The notes under the pieces were generated by a model. The model was not told where the DNA came from, searched no databases, and was given only the letters and a program-made list of their open reading frames with translations. Below, in pieces: positions 7,953 through 16,774 of a stretch of DNA of 64,000 nucleotides. The DNA lies in contig CAVRGT010000001.1 in NCBI GenBank assembly GCA_963720805.1, forward strand, positions 170,187 through 234,186, written 5' to 3'. The first letter of the stretch is position 1, and every line of letters starts with the position of its first letter. The DNA is from an uncultured Solirubrobacterales bacterium. GTDB lineage: Bacteria; Actinomycetota; Thermoleophilia; Solirubrobacterales; 70-9. Made by a program: the position numbers and the translations under genes.

Positions 7953-8733
7953 TAAGCCGCCCGTCGTCATTCTCTGCGGGGGCCGCGGGACCAGGCTGCG
8001 GGAGCGGACGGAGACTGTGCCCAAGGCGCTCGTGGAGATTGGGGCGAAGCCGATCGTCTGGCATGTGATCGGGATCTATGCGGCGCAGGGGTTCGAGCGG
8101 TTTTTGCTTGCGACCGGATATTTGGGCGAGATGGTGGAGGAGTTCGTGGCGGGGGAGAGCTGGGCGGGTGGGGTGGAGGTCGAGTGCGTCGATACGGGGC
8201 TCGATACACCTACGGGGGGGCGAATCGCCAGGCTGGGTGAGCAGCTCGATGGCGGGACGTTTTGCGCCACCTACGCGGACGGGGTCGCCGATATCGACCT
8301 GGATGCGCTGCTCGATTTCCATCGCGCCCAGGACACGCTTGGCACGGTGACCGTCGTGCAGCCGCACCTGCAATGGGGGGTGGCGGAGATTGGCGCAGAC
8401 CACAAGGTCGCGGGCTTCGTCGAGAAGCCGCGCAGCGAGCACTGGATCAACGGGGGGTTCTTCTGCTTCGAGGCGGCTGCGCTGGACTACATCGGCGAGG
8501 ACAGCGTGCTCGAGCGCGAGCCGTTGGAACGCCTTGCCGCCGACAGCCAACTCGGCGCATACCGCCACGAGGGCTTCTGGGATTGCATGGACACCTACAA
8601 GGACGCGGTCGAACTCAACGACATCTGGGCGTCGGGCCATGCCCCTTGGTCTGACCTTCCGAGCGTTCGATCGATTGACCACCGGATCCGTGGGTCAATC
8701 GATCAAACGGCGCTGCCGGCGAGGCGAAGATGA
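7945..8733 (+). CDS. rfbF: Glucose-1-phosphate cytidylyltransferase
   Basis: N-terminus VVILCGGRGTRL...PKALVEIG plus a full-length RfbF-like sequence up to WASGHAPW. The last ~27 aa are encoded by a palindrome (see findings). Confidence 0.85.
   Translation: MTAKPPVVILCGGRGTRLRERTETVPKALVEIGAKPIVWHVIGIYAAQGFERFLLATGYLGEMVEEFVAGESWAGGVEVECVDTGLDTPTGGRIARLGEQLDGGTFCATYADGVADIDLDALLDFHRAQDTLGTVTVVQPHLQWGVAEIGADHKVAGFVEKPRSEHWINGGFFCFEAAALDYIGEDSVLEREPLERLAADSQLGAYRHEGFWDCMDTYKDAVELNDIWASGHAPWSDLPSVRSIDHRIRGSIDQTALPARRR
8665..8708. repeat. 44-nt palindrome inside the 3' tail of rfbF
   Basis: GTTCGATCGATTGACC-ACCGGATCCGTG-GGTCAATCGATCAAAC. The arms are complementary except for one mismatch, and the centre CGGATCCG is itself palindromic. 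Confidence 0.8.
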
Positions 8734-9728
8734 CTGTCCTTGTCACTGGAGCGCACGGTTTTGTCGCCTCGCATCTCGTCGGGGCGCTGCTCGAGCGCGG
8801 CGACGAGGTGCGGGTGCTCGACCGGCCCGACCCGCGCATCGCCGACGTCGGGGGACCGCGGCTCTCGGGGCTCGATCTTCTCGGCCTGCGCGATCAGGTT
8901 GAGCTAGCGGAGGGGGACCTGCGCGACGCCGATGCGGTCGCCGCTGCCGTCGCCGGCTGCGACACGGTCTTCCACCTGGCCGCACAGACGATCGTCGGCG
9001 TCGCCCGCGAATCGCCACTGGAGACGCTCGAAGTCAACGTGCGGGGCGCCTGGAACGTCTTCGAGGCCTGTCGCGAGCACGAGGTCTCCCGCGTCGTCTT
9101 CGCCTCTTCCGACAAGGCATACGGCGCCAGTCCGGAGCTTCCCTACCGCGAGGACTTCCCGCTGCGGGCCGCCTACCCATATGACGCCAGCAAGGCAGCG
9201 GCCGACATCATCGCCCGCAGCTACGCCGGCGCCTACGGTCTGCCGCTGGCAGTCACCCGCTTCGCCAACATCTACGGCGGCGGCGACCTCAACTTCTCGC
9301 GCCTGATCCCGGAGACGACGATCGCGGTGCTCGACGCCCGCCCGCCGGTGATCCGCTCGGACGGCAGCCCCGAGCGCGACTTCCTCCACGTCGACGACGC
9401 CGTCGCCGCCTATCTCGCGATCGAGGCAGCGCTCGAGCGAGGCGAGGCCAGGGGCGAGGCCTTCAACGCCGGCGGCGAGCGCCCCCACTCGGTGCGCGAG
9501 GTGGTCGGCCTGATCGCCGCCGCGGCGGGAACCGGGGTGGAGCCCGAGTACCTCGGCAGCGGCACTCCCGACGGCGAGATCGACCGCCAGTACGTCGACT
9601 CGGCCAAGCTGCGCGAGCTGACCGACTGGAGTCCCCAGGTCGAGCTGGCCGACGGTCTGCGGCGTACGCTCGAGTGGTACCGCGAGCATCCCGAGGCTCG
9701 GCCCGCACCGGAGATAGCTTCCAAGTAA
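8730..9728 (+). CDS. NAD-dependent sugar epimerase/dehydratase (extended SDR; CDP-glucose 4,6-dehydratase-like)
   Basis: Rossmann motif VTGAHGFVASHL and catalytic YxxxK (YDASKAAAD). The ATGA overlap with rfbF indicates an operon. Confidence 0.85.
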   Translation: MTVLVTGAHGFVASHLVGALLERGDEVRVLDRPDPRIADVGGPRLSGLDLLGLRDQVELAEGDLRDADAVAAAVAGCDTVFHLAAQTIVGVARESPLETLEVNVRGAWNVFEACREHEVSRVVFASSDKAYGASPELPYREDFPLRAAYPYDASKAAADIIARSYAGAYGLPLAVTRFANIYGGGDLNFSRLIPETTIAVLDARPPVIRSDGSPERDFLHVDDAVAAYLAIEAALERGEARGEAFNAGGERPHSVREVVGLIAAAAGTGVEPEYLGSGTPDGEIDRQYVDSAKLRELTDWSPQVELADGLRRTLEWYREHPEARPAPEIASK

Positions 9729-9752
9729 GAGTCTTACCGGTGTTACTCTTAC
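9725..9752. promoter_or_regulatory. Inverted repeat upstream of vapB (candidate operator and/or terminator of the sugar operon)
   Basis: GTAAGAGT-cttaccggtgtt-ACTCTTAC, located 4 nt upstream of the vapB ATG. GTAAGAgTCTTAC is also palindromic on its own. Confidence 0.4.
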
Positions 9753-9755
9753 TCC

Positions 9756-10034
9756 ATGTCGAGAGTCACGAGCAAGGGGCAGGTCACGATTCCGAAGGAG
9801 ATCCGAGACGCCTTCGGGTTGCTCCCCGGCACCGAGGTGGAATTCGTCTCGGATGACACAGGCGTTCGCGTTCGCCGGTCGCCTGGTGGGCAGCGACGGG
9901 GTGAGGAGGTCGTCAAGCATCTGCGCGAATCGGGGAAGAACTTCACGATGACGACCGAGGAGGTCATGCGGCTCACCCGGGGCGAGGATTGGGGCACCGG
10001 GCACTTGGAGGAGGGTGGCGGCGACTCTAGTTGA
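9756..10034 (+). CDS. vapB: AbrB/SpoVT-family antitoxin (VapB-like)
   Basis: N-terminal SpoVT-AbrB signature VTSKGQVTIPKEIRD. The small protein overlaps the downstream PIN gene by 20 nt. Confidence 0.85.
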   Translation: MSRVTSKGQVTIPKEIRDAFGLLPGTEVEFVSDDTGVRVRRSPGGQRRGEEVVKHLRESGKNFTMTTEEVMRLTRGEDWGTGHLEEGGGDSS

Positions 10035-10422
10035 CTCCAATGTCCTGATCGACATCGTGGCCGAGGATCCACGCTGGGCTCCTTGGTCGGAAGAGGCGCT
10101 GGTCAGCGCTCTCGACGAGGGACCGGTCTTTGTCGACCAGATCGTCTTCGCCGAGATCTCGATTGGCTACACCTCGGCCGAGTCCTGTCAGTTGGCGCTT
10201 GCCGGGAGGGGGCTGGAGCTCATCCCGATTCCCTGGCCGGCGGCTTTCCTGGCGGGTCGGGCCTATGCCGCATACAAGCAGCGTGGAGGGACCAAGCTCG
10301 CGCCCCTGCCAGACTTCTTCATCGGGGCCCATGCCGCAGTCGCCGGCCTACGCCTGCTCACCCGCGACGCGAGCCGATACCGCAGCTACTTCCCCACAGT
10401 CGAGCTGATCGCGCCGGAGTAG
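10015..10422 (+). CDS. vapC: PIN-domain ribonuclease toxin (VapC-like)
   Basis: LVDSNVLID start with the first acidic residue, followed by FAEIS and DFFIGAHA motifs. About 135 aa, GTG start. Confidence 0.85.
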   Translation: MAATLVDSNVLIDIVAEDPRWAPWSEEALVSALDEGPVFVDQIVFAEISIGYTSAESCQLALAGRGLELIPIPWPAAFLAGRAYAAYKQRGGTKLAPLPDFFIGAHAAVAGLRLLTRDASRYRSYFPTVELIAPE

Positions 10423-10450
10423 CGCTGCCGGCACGGCTACTCTGGGCCGC

Positions 10451-11257
10451 ATGTGCGGACGATTCACGGTCACGGCCAAGGACACAAAGAAAATCGCCGA
10501 CCACTTTCAGGTCGAGCTCGAGAAGGCGCTGGAGCGGAACTCCGCGGGCAACGCGCCGGCGCCGACCGCCGAGCGGGTGAAGAAGGTCGAAGGGGCGTTG
10601 GGCCGCTTCAACGTCGCGCCGACGCAGGAGGTGCTGACCGTGCGCTCCTCTCCGGATCCCGAGGAGGCGGCGCAGGGCGAGCGCGAGGCGCGGTTGATGC
10701 GCTGGGGCCTGGTGCCGCGCTGGGCCAAGGACCTCAAAGTCGGCTACCGGATGATCAACGCCAAGGCCGAGAACCTGAGCTCCAGTCGGGCCTACTCGCC
10801 GCTGGTCGGCAAGTTCCGCCACCGCTGCCTGATCGTCGCCGACGGCTTCTACGAGTGGATGGTGGCGGAGGACCCCAAGCAGCCGCGCCAGCCCTGGCGC
10901 TTCACCGTCGACGGCGGTGAGACCTTCGCCTTCGCCGGACTCTGCACCCGCAAGGAGTGGGAGGACCCCGAGGACCGCGGCTTCGACGACGGCTGGCTCT
11001 ACAGCTGCACGATCGTCACCACGACACCGAATGAGCTGGTCGCCAAGGTCCACGACCGGATGCCGGCGATTTTGCCCAATGCCGAGGCCGAGGCCGCCTG
11101 GCTGCGTCCCGACCTCGAGCTTGAGGAGGCGGTGGCGATGTGCGGGCCGCTGCCCGCCACGCGGATGGAAAGCGCCCCGGCAAACCCGAAGCTGAACAAG
11201 GTCGGCAAAGGCAGCGAGGAAGGTCCCGAGCTGTTGGTCGCGCCGCGGGACGCCTGA
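10451..11257 (+). CDS. SOS-response-associated peptidase (SRAP/YedK/HMCES family, abasic-site processing)
   Basis: Invariant MCGRF N-terminus (catalytic Cys2), RWGLVP, FYEW and HDRMP motifs. Confidence 0.9.
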   Translation: MCGRFTVTAKDTKKIADHFQVELEKALERNSAGNAPAPTAERVKKVEGALGRFNVAPTQEVLTVRSSPDPEEAAQGEREARLMRWGLVPRWAKDLKVGYRMINAKAENLSSSRAYSPLVGKFRHRCLIVADGFYEWMVAEDPKQPRQPWRFTVDGGETFAFAGLCTRKEWEDPEDRGFDDGWLYSCTIVTTTPNELVAKVHDRMPAILPNAEAEAAWLRPDLELEEAVAMCGPLPATRMESAPANPKLNKVGKGSEEGPELLVAPRDA

Positions 11258-11260
11258 GCC

Positions 11261-12046
11261 TCAGCCTTCCGTTTCTTCTTCTTCGGCCCGTTCGCGGTTT
11301 TCGTCTTCGGCTTCTTCGTCGATCGGCGGCGGCACCTTCTTCAGCATCAGCCCGGTGCGCACCGTCGCCTTGCCGGCGCTGGTGCTCAGCGTGCAGGCGA
11401 GCCTGGCGCCGGGGACCGATGTCGTCCGCCAGACCGTCTCGAAGGGCAACACCAGGTCCACCTTCGGCTTGCCTTCGGGGAGGAAGTATTCGATGTGCTC
11501 GACCCCGACCTGGTATTCGGGCCATTCCAGCTTGACCCCTTTCTCGCTGCTGAAGTGGGGCGGCAGGCCGTCCAGTTCGAGCACAGCCAGTTCGGTTCCG
11601 TGCGAGCTGAAGTCGAGCAGGATCACTTCCGGCACTTCCTGGTTGAAGAGCCCGGTGCTGGAGCGCGGGTAGGTGGCGCGCAGGCCGCCGGCGCTCTGGG
11701 CGATTTCCGCCCGCCCGGTGCCGCTGACCGAGCAGAGGATGCGGCCGCCGCCGACCGGGGCGCCGGCGTCGATCCGCAGCTGCGAGGAGACCCGGAAGAG
11801 CGAGTAGGCGCTGACGTTGAGCCCGGTCGTCCGAATCGACCCGCCGACCAACTGCATCGAAGCGCCGCCGGGCAGCGGCGCGGGCCGTGAGTCCGGCATC
11901 GGCAACTTCACCACCCATTCGAGCTGGGCCGCTTCGCCGCCGGCCTTGTCGGTGGCGAGCAGGGCAGCGGCGACGGTGGCGATCAGCCCGATCGCGATCA
12001 CGATCAGGGCGCCGCGCGGCGGTCGGTTCTTCTTCTCGTCGGCCAC
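11261..12046 (-). CDS. Hypothetical membrane-anchored protein with an acidic C-terminal tail
   Basis: GTG start at 12046. One N-terminal TM segment (ALIVIAIGLIATVAAALLA), a ~200-aa extracytoplasmic part and the tail EEAEDENRERAEEEETEG. The long upstream extension of ORF 11261..12877 is antisense to the hydrolase gene. Confidence 0.6.
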   Translation of the reverse strand: MADEKKNRPPRGALIVIAIGLIATVAAALLATDKAGGEAAQLEWVVKLPMPDSRPAPLPGGASMQLVGGSIRTTGLNVSAYSLFRVSSQLRIDAGAPVGGGRILCSVSGTGRAEIAQSAGGLRATYPRSSTGLFNQEVPEVILLDFSSHGTELAVLELDGLPPHFSSEKGVKLEWPEYQVGVEHIEYFLPEGKPKVDLVLPFETVWRTTSVPGARLACTLSTSAGKATVRTGLMLKKVPPPIDEEAEDENRERAEEEETEG

Positions 12047-12073
12047 GGCTGGGCCGCAAGCTACCGTGTAGGA

Positions 12074-12994
12074 GTGGCCAAGAGCGCAACGCCGTCCCCT
12101 CCGGCCGAGGTCAGCTTCGAGACGGTGACGCTGCACGGTCGCGAGAGCGGCTACCTCGTCGGCGGCGAGGGCCCGGTCCTGCTGCTGATCCACGGCATGG
12201 CGGGTACCTGTGAGAACTGGCGCGACGTGATCGAGCCGCTGGCGCGCCGGCACACCGTGATCGCCCCCGACCTGCCGGGGCACGGCCTCTCGGCCGGCGG
12301 CCCGGGCGACTACTCGCTTGGCAACCTCGCTTCCGGGCTGCGCGACCTGCTGCTCGTCCTCGGCCACGAGCGGGCGACGATCGTCGGCCACTCGCTCGGC
12401 GGCGGCATCGCGATGCAGTTCTCCTACCAGTTCCCCGAGATGGTCGAGCGCCTCGTCCTCGTCTCCAGCGGCGGCCTCGGGCTCGAGGTGAGCCCGGTCC
12501 TGCGCGCCGCCGCCCTGCCCGGTGCCGACCTCTTCATCGCCGCCACCGCGACCACCGGCCAGAAGCTCGGCGGCGCGATCGGCCGCGGCCTCGCCAAGGT
12601 CGGGATCAAGCCCGCCGCCGACGTCGCCGAGGTCGCCCGCGGTTACGGCTCGCTGGCCGAGCCGGACCGTCGCAAGGCCTTCCTCGCGACCCTGCGTTCG
12701 GTGGTCGGCACCGAGGGCCAGCGCGTCTCCGCCACCGATCGCTTCTACCTGGCCGAGGCGGTGCCGGTGCTGATCGTCTGGGGCGCCCGCGACCCGATCA
12801 TCCCGGTCGGTCACGGCGAGGACGCCCATCGCGCCCTGCCCGGCAGCAAGCTGGAGATCTTCGACGGCGTGGGCCACCTGCCCCAGGTCGAGCAGCCCGC
12901 CCGCTTCATCGCCGTGCTCGAGGACTTCATCGCCGCCAACGAGCCGGCGGTCTTCGATCGCGACGAGTGGCGCGCCCGCTTCAAGGTCGCCTGA
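12074..12994 (+). CDS. Alpha/beta-fold hydrolase
   Basis: HGMAG oxyanion region and nucleophile elbow GHSLGGG. Divergent from the previous gene, with only 27 bp between the two start codons. Confidence 0.85.
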   Translation: MAKSATPSPPAEVSFETVTLHGRESGYLVGGEGPVLLLIHGMAGTCENWRDVIEPLARRHTVIAPDLPGHGLSAGGPGDYSLGNLASGLRDLLLVLGHERATIVGHSLGGGIAMQFSYQFPEMVERLVLVSSGGLGLEVSPVLRAAALPGADLFIAATATTGQKLGGAIGRGLAKVGIKPAADVAEVARGYGSLAEPDRRKAFLATLRSVVGTEGQRVSATDRFYLAEAVPVLIVWGARDPIIPVGHGEDAHRALPGSKLEIFDGVGHLPQVEQPARFIAVLEDFIAANEPAVFDRDEWRARFKVA

Positions 12995-13012
12995 CCAGCG
13001 GGCAGGCCAAGA

Positions 13013-13086
13013 CGCGCCCGACAGGATTCGAACCTGTGGCCTCTTCCTCCGGAGGGAAGCGCTCTATCCAGCTGAGCTACGGGCGC
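13013..13086 (-). tRNA. tRNA-Arg (anticodon CCG)
   Basis: The reverse complement is GCGCCCGTAGCTCAGCTGGATAGAGCGCTTCCCTCCGGAGGAAGAGGCCACAGGTTCGAATCCTGTCGGGCGCG. It folds as a cloverleaf with a 7-bp acceptor stem, anticodon stem CTTCC/GGAAG, anticodon loop CTCCGGA and T loop GGTTCGAATCC. CCA is not encoded. Confidence 0.9.
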
Positions 13087-13119
13087 TCAGCGGCCAGTCT
13101 AGATGAGTAGTTCCACGAC

Positions 13120-14009
13120 TCAGGCCACGTAGTCGACCAGCGCCCTCGAGGGGCGCCCGAGCTGATGGTTGAGCGAGATCGCCGCAGCCAGCGCCAAGAA
13201 GCGGCTGGCGAGGCGAGCATGAATGCCACGAAGTGTGCGGGCGCCGTGGCGCTCGAGGCCGAGGATGTCCTTGGCGGTCCAGTAGATCGACTCGATCCGC
13301 TGGCGCAGTGGGGCGAGGTGGAGTCCGCCCTCGGGCTCATCCTTGCGACGCGGGCGCACCACGGTCGCGCCGAGGGCGGCGGCATCTACTTCGAAATCGG
13401 CACCGGCATAGCCCTTGTCGCCCAGGACGGTGATCGGGCCCGAGCGGTTGACCCGTTCCAGCAGCCGCAGGCAGACCTCGCGCTCACCCTCCTTGGGTGA
13501 GGTCAGCGCCATCGCGCGGGGGGTTCCGTCGGGAGCCATCAGCGTGTGCAGGCGAAAGCCCCAGAAGTAGCGGGAATGCGAGGCGCAGTAGCCGTAGTCG
13601 GCGGCGTCTGCGGTCGCGCCGCCGAGGCTGTTGGCTCCGGCCCGCTTCACCGTCTGGCGCGAGCGGGCGCACTCCACGGGGGTGGAGTCGACGAGCAGCA
13701 GGTCATCGTGCCAGCCGGGGCTCTGGAGGCAAAGGCCGAGATCATCGCCTCGATCGTCTCGGCCAGTCGGTCGCGGCGCTTGTGAAAGCCCGAGCGCTTG
13801 GTCAGGGCAGGGAACAGGTGACCCAGTCGCTTGGGTGCGACCCGAGCAAAGCGGGCATCGGAGTTGATGCCCATGATCGCCTGCGCCACGCAGAGCGTCA
13901 CGACCTCCGCGTCGGTCAGGCTTCGGCGGGCGTTTCCTGGCTTTTCGGGCAGGAGATCGTCAACGGTGCAGAACACAGAGGTGAGCAGCAGGTCGAGGTC
14001 GGCGAGCAT
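13120..14009 (-). pseudogene. IS982-like DDE transposase, split into two frames
   Basis: The N-terminal part is MLADLDLLLTSVFCTVDDLLPEKPGNARRSLTDAEVVTLCVAQ...SGFHKRRDRL. The C-terminal part is ...VECARSRQTVKR...GYCASHSRYFWGFRLH...VLGDKGYAG.... The two parts join only after a 1-nt frame change near 13690-13710 (..FASRAP/GWHDDLLLVDSTP..). Confidence 0.8.
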
Positions 14010-14107
14010 CGTGGCCCCCTTCGGGTCGGCGGTGAGAACTGAGCACCGCCGACTTCGACCCCGCTGCCTATCTCCCCTTGGCACGCCTGGGGCCAACCTC
14101 CCAGTGC

Positions 14108-14156
14108 CGAGTGGTCGATTGACCCCCGCATACGGGGGCAAATCGACCAGTCAGCG
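14108..14156. repeat. Subterminal imperfect palindrome inside the IS, between the transposase start and the terminal repeat
   Basis: CCGAGTGGTCGATTGACCCCCGCATACGGGGGCAAATCGACCAGTCAGCG: a core hairpin CCCCCG-CATA-CGGGGG with extended imperfect arms. A second copy lies at 1091-1140. Confidence 0.7.
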
Positions 14157-14279
14157 TCCGCGCCGCCCACACGGACTGCTCACTCCGAGCTGGGAAGGGT
14201 CGGCACGGCAGTCGCCGTGGAACTACTCATCTAGCTCCGGGTGGCGGAGCGCCTGCGTCGCGTAGGCTCGCAGGCTCGC

Positions 14280-15269
14280 ATGGATCTCTCGGCGATCTTC
14301 CTCGGCACCGGCGGTTCGGTGCCCTCGGCGCGGCGCTCGACCGCGAGCGTGATGCTGATCCGCGGCGGCAAGCGGATGATGTTCGACTGCGGTGAAGGAA
14401 CCCAACGCCAGCTGCAGCGCTCGCTGGGCCTGGCCCAGGTCGACGAGATCTTCCTCACCCACTTCCACGCCGACCACATCCTCGGCCTGCCGGGCCTGCT
14501 CAAGACCTATGACCTGACCGCCCGCGAGGAGCCGCTGACGATCTACGGGCCGCGCGGCCTGCGCGACCTCTTCAAGACGCTCGGCCGCCTGATCGGCCGC
14601 ACCGACTACAGCATCGACCTGATCGAAATCGACCCCGGCGAAGCGGTGCGCCACGACGGTGCCGAGGTGCAGGCCTTCGCGGTCGAGCACAGCGTGCGGG
14701 CCAACGGTTACGTGCTGATCGAGCAGGACCGCCCGGGGCGCTTCGACCCCGACGAGGCGAAGCGGCTCGGCGTTTCCGAAGGACCGGCCTTCGCGGCGCT
14801 GCAGCGGGGGGAGGAGGTCGCCGGGAGCAACGGAGCGGTGCGACCGCCCGACGTGATGGGCGAGGCACGACCCGGCCGCATCGTCGCCCTCACCGGCGAC
14901 ACGGCCCCCTGCCACTCGACCGTGGCAGCGGCGGCCGACGCCGACCTGCTGATCCACGACGCCAGCTTCTCCGAGGAGGAGGTCCAGCGCGCCGCCGATA
15001 CCGGCCACTCGACCGTCAGCCAGGCCGCCGCGGTCGCCCGCGAGGCCCACGTCAAGATGCTCGCCCTGGTCCACATCTCCTCGCGCTACCACGTCGGCAG
15101 CGTGCTCGAGGAGGCCCGCGATGTCTTCGAGCCGAGCGTCGCCCCGAAAGACTTCGACCTGGTCGAGATCCCCTTCCCCGAGCGCGGCGAGCCGGAGCTG
15201 ATCGTCAAGGGCGCCCGCGAGCGGGCCGAGCGGCCCGATCCCGAGCCCGCTCCCTCCTCAGAGGGCTAG
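14280..15269 (+). CDS. rnz: Ribonuclease Z (tRNA 3' endonuclease)
   Basis: MDLSAIFLGTGGSVP start and HFHADH zinc motif (FLTHFHADHILGLPGLL). The ATG at 14280 is preferred over the GTG at 14241. Confidence 0.88.
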   Translation: MDLSAIFLGTGGSVPSARRSTASVMLIRGGKRMMFDCGEGTQRQLQRSLGLAQVDEIFLTHFHADHILGLPGLLKTYDLTAREEPLTIYGPRGLRDLFKTLGRLIGRTDYSIDLIEIDPGEAVRHDGAEVQAFAVEHSVRANGYVLIEQDRPGRFDPDEAKRLGVSEGPAFAALQRGEEVAGSNGAVRPPDVMGEARPGRIVALTGDTAPCHSTVAAAADADLLIHDASFSEEEVQRAADTGHSTVSQAAAVAREAHVKMLALVHISSRYHVGSVLEEARDVFEPSVAPKDFDLVEIPFPERGEPELIVKGARERAERPDPEPAPSSEG

Positions 15270-16121
15270 TTCGGCGACCGCGTCGGCGATCTCGGCCGTC
15301 CGGTCCTCCTGCAGGAAGTGCTTGGCCGGCAGCAACGTCGCCTGCTCCAGGCCGAGGGCGCGCTGGACCTCCGCGCGGCGGTGGGAACCGAGCATCGTGT
15401 CCTTCTCGCCCCAGACGACCTGGGCCGGGTACTGGCGCTTGCCGAGCCCGTCGAAGAAGAAGCGCTCCTTCGCGGCGCTCAACTCGAAGCCGCGCATGAT
15501 CTTCAGGAACGCCCGGCCGCCGTCGCCGCGCTTGAGCAGGGCATGGTGGGCGTCGACCTCGGCGCCCGGCACGGCCTCGCGGTCCTCGATCCCAATCAGG
15601 TAGTAGAGCCGGCGAAAGAGCGGCCGCACCATGCCCGCCAGCCAGGCCTCGCCGACGCCCCGAATTGAGAACGGATGCATCGGCCAGGGCCGGCGAAAAC
15701 TCGCTACGTCGGCGAGCGTGTTGAGCGCGGTCAGCGAGAGCACACGGTCCGGGTTGCGGATCGCCCACTCGAAGCCGATCGGCCCGCCGATGTCATGGAC
15801 GACGAGGTGGCAACGCTCAATCCCGAGCGCCTCGATCGCCGCCCCGGTCCACTCGGCCAGCCCGCCCCAGCTGTAGTCGAAGCCCGCGGGCCGCTCGGCG
15901 AGCCCGAGCCCGGGCAGATCGAAGGCGACGCCCCTCAGGTCCCGCGCGGCGAGCTCCGGCACGACCCGGCGGTAGAGGAAGCTGCTGGTCGGGACGCCGT
16001 GCATCAGCACGACCGCCTCACCGTCTCCCTGATCGAGGACGAAGCTGTCGAGGCCGGCGGCGCCGAAGCGCCTGCCCGACGCCTCGTGCTTGGCAAGCGT
16101 TTCCGCAACGTCCGCTCTCAC
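15258..16121 (-). CDS. Alpha/beta-fold hydrolase (haloalkane-dehalogenase-like)
   Basis: VLMHGVPTSSFLYR and the nucleophile region LVVHDIGG. GTG start at 16121. The 3' end overlaps rnz convergently by 12 nt. Confidence 0.8.
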   Translation of the reverse strand: MRADVAETLAKHEASGRRFGAAGLDSFVLDQGDGEAVVLMHGVPTSSFLYRRVVPELAARDLRGVAFDLPGLGLAERPAGFDYSWGGLAEWTGAAIEALGIERCHLVVHDIGGPIGFEWAIRNPDRVLSLTALNTLADVASFRRPWPMHPFSIRGVGEAWLAGMVRPLFRRLYYLIGIEDREAVPGAEVDAHHALLKRGDGGRAFLKIMRGFELSAAKERFFFDGLGKRQYPAQVVWGEKDTMLGSHRRAEVQRALGLEQATLLPAKHFLQEDRTAEIADAVAELAL

Positions 16122-16170
16122 CCGGCAAGCGTGGCAGGAATCGTCGCCACCCGCTGCTACGCTGCGGCCG

Positions 16171-16203
16171 TCCTTTAACCAGGCCCTGTGAGGCCGAGAA
16201 GGA
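16171..16203 (+). promoter_or_regulatory. Probable PyrR-binding RNA hairpin overlapping the pyrR Shine-Dalgarno sequence
   Basis: TCCTTTAACCAGGCCCTGTGAGGCCGAGAAGGA: outer stem TCCTT/AAGGA and inner GGCC/GGCC. It resembles the UCCUUUAA...GAGAAGGA PyrR binding-loop consensus as I recall it. GAAGGAG (16197-16203) is the SD for the GTG at 16214. Confidence 0.55.
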
Positions 16204-16213
16204 GCCAACAGAA

Positions 16214-16774
16214 GTGAACGAGACGGTCGTGCTTGAGCGCGACGATTTGAGGCGGACGCTGCGGCGGATCGCCCACGAGATCGCCGAGAAGAACCCGGAT
16301 CCCGGGGCCCTAGCGATCGTTGGCATTCACACTCGCGGCGCCCTGCTCGCCCGCCGCCTGCACTCCTCGCTCGCCGAGCTGACCGGTGCCGAGCTGCCGA
16401 TCGGCGACATCGACATCTCCTTCTACCGCGATGACGTCGGCGCCAAGTCACCCGCCACGCAGCCGGTCGTCCACGCCTCCCACATCGACTTCGACCTCGC
16501 CGGGCGCACCGTCGTCCTGGTCGACGACGTCCTCTTCACCGGTCGCACGGTGCGGGCCGCGATCGACGCCCTCTTCGACTACGGCCGACCGCAGCGGGTC
16601 CAGCTCGCCGTGCTCTGCGACCGCGGCCACCGCGAGCTGCCGATCCGCCCCGACTACGTTGGCAAGAACCTGCCGACCGGGCGCGAGCAGCGGGTCAACG
16701 TCCACCTCGAGGAGCTCGACGGCAGCGACGAGGTAGCGATCGCCGACGCCCGGCCGGCGGAGGTCGGCGCGTGA
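16214..16774 (+). CDS. pyrR: Bifunctional pyr operon regulator / uracil phosphoribosyltransferase PyrR
   Basis: PRPP-binding motif VVLVDDVLFTGRT, the expected length, and its position at the head of the pyr operon. Confidence 0.93.
   Translation: MNETVVLERDDLRRTLRRIAHEIAEKNPDPGALAIVGIHTRGALLARRLHSSLAELTGAELPIGDIDISFYRDDVGAKSPATQPVVHASHIDFDLAGRTVVLVDDVLFTGRTVRAAIDALFDYGRPQRVQLAVLCDRGHRELPIRPDYVGKNLPTGREQRVNVHLEELDGSDEVAIADARPAEVGA

Larger units (their letters stand above)
13099..14234 (-). mobile_element. IS982-family-like insertion sequence (1136 bp) with 19-bp terminal inverted repeats
   Basis: CTAGATGAGTAGTTCCACG at 13099-13117 has its exact reverse complement at 14216-14234. These repeats enclose a DDE transposase gene. 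I saw no convincing target-site duplication. Confidence 0.85.

Noticed and set aside
13091-14242. A target-site duplication flanking the IS.
   Set aside because: The flanks (..CGGCCAGT | IS | CTCCGGGT..) are not direct repeats of any length I could see, so none is claimed.
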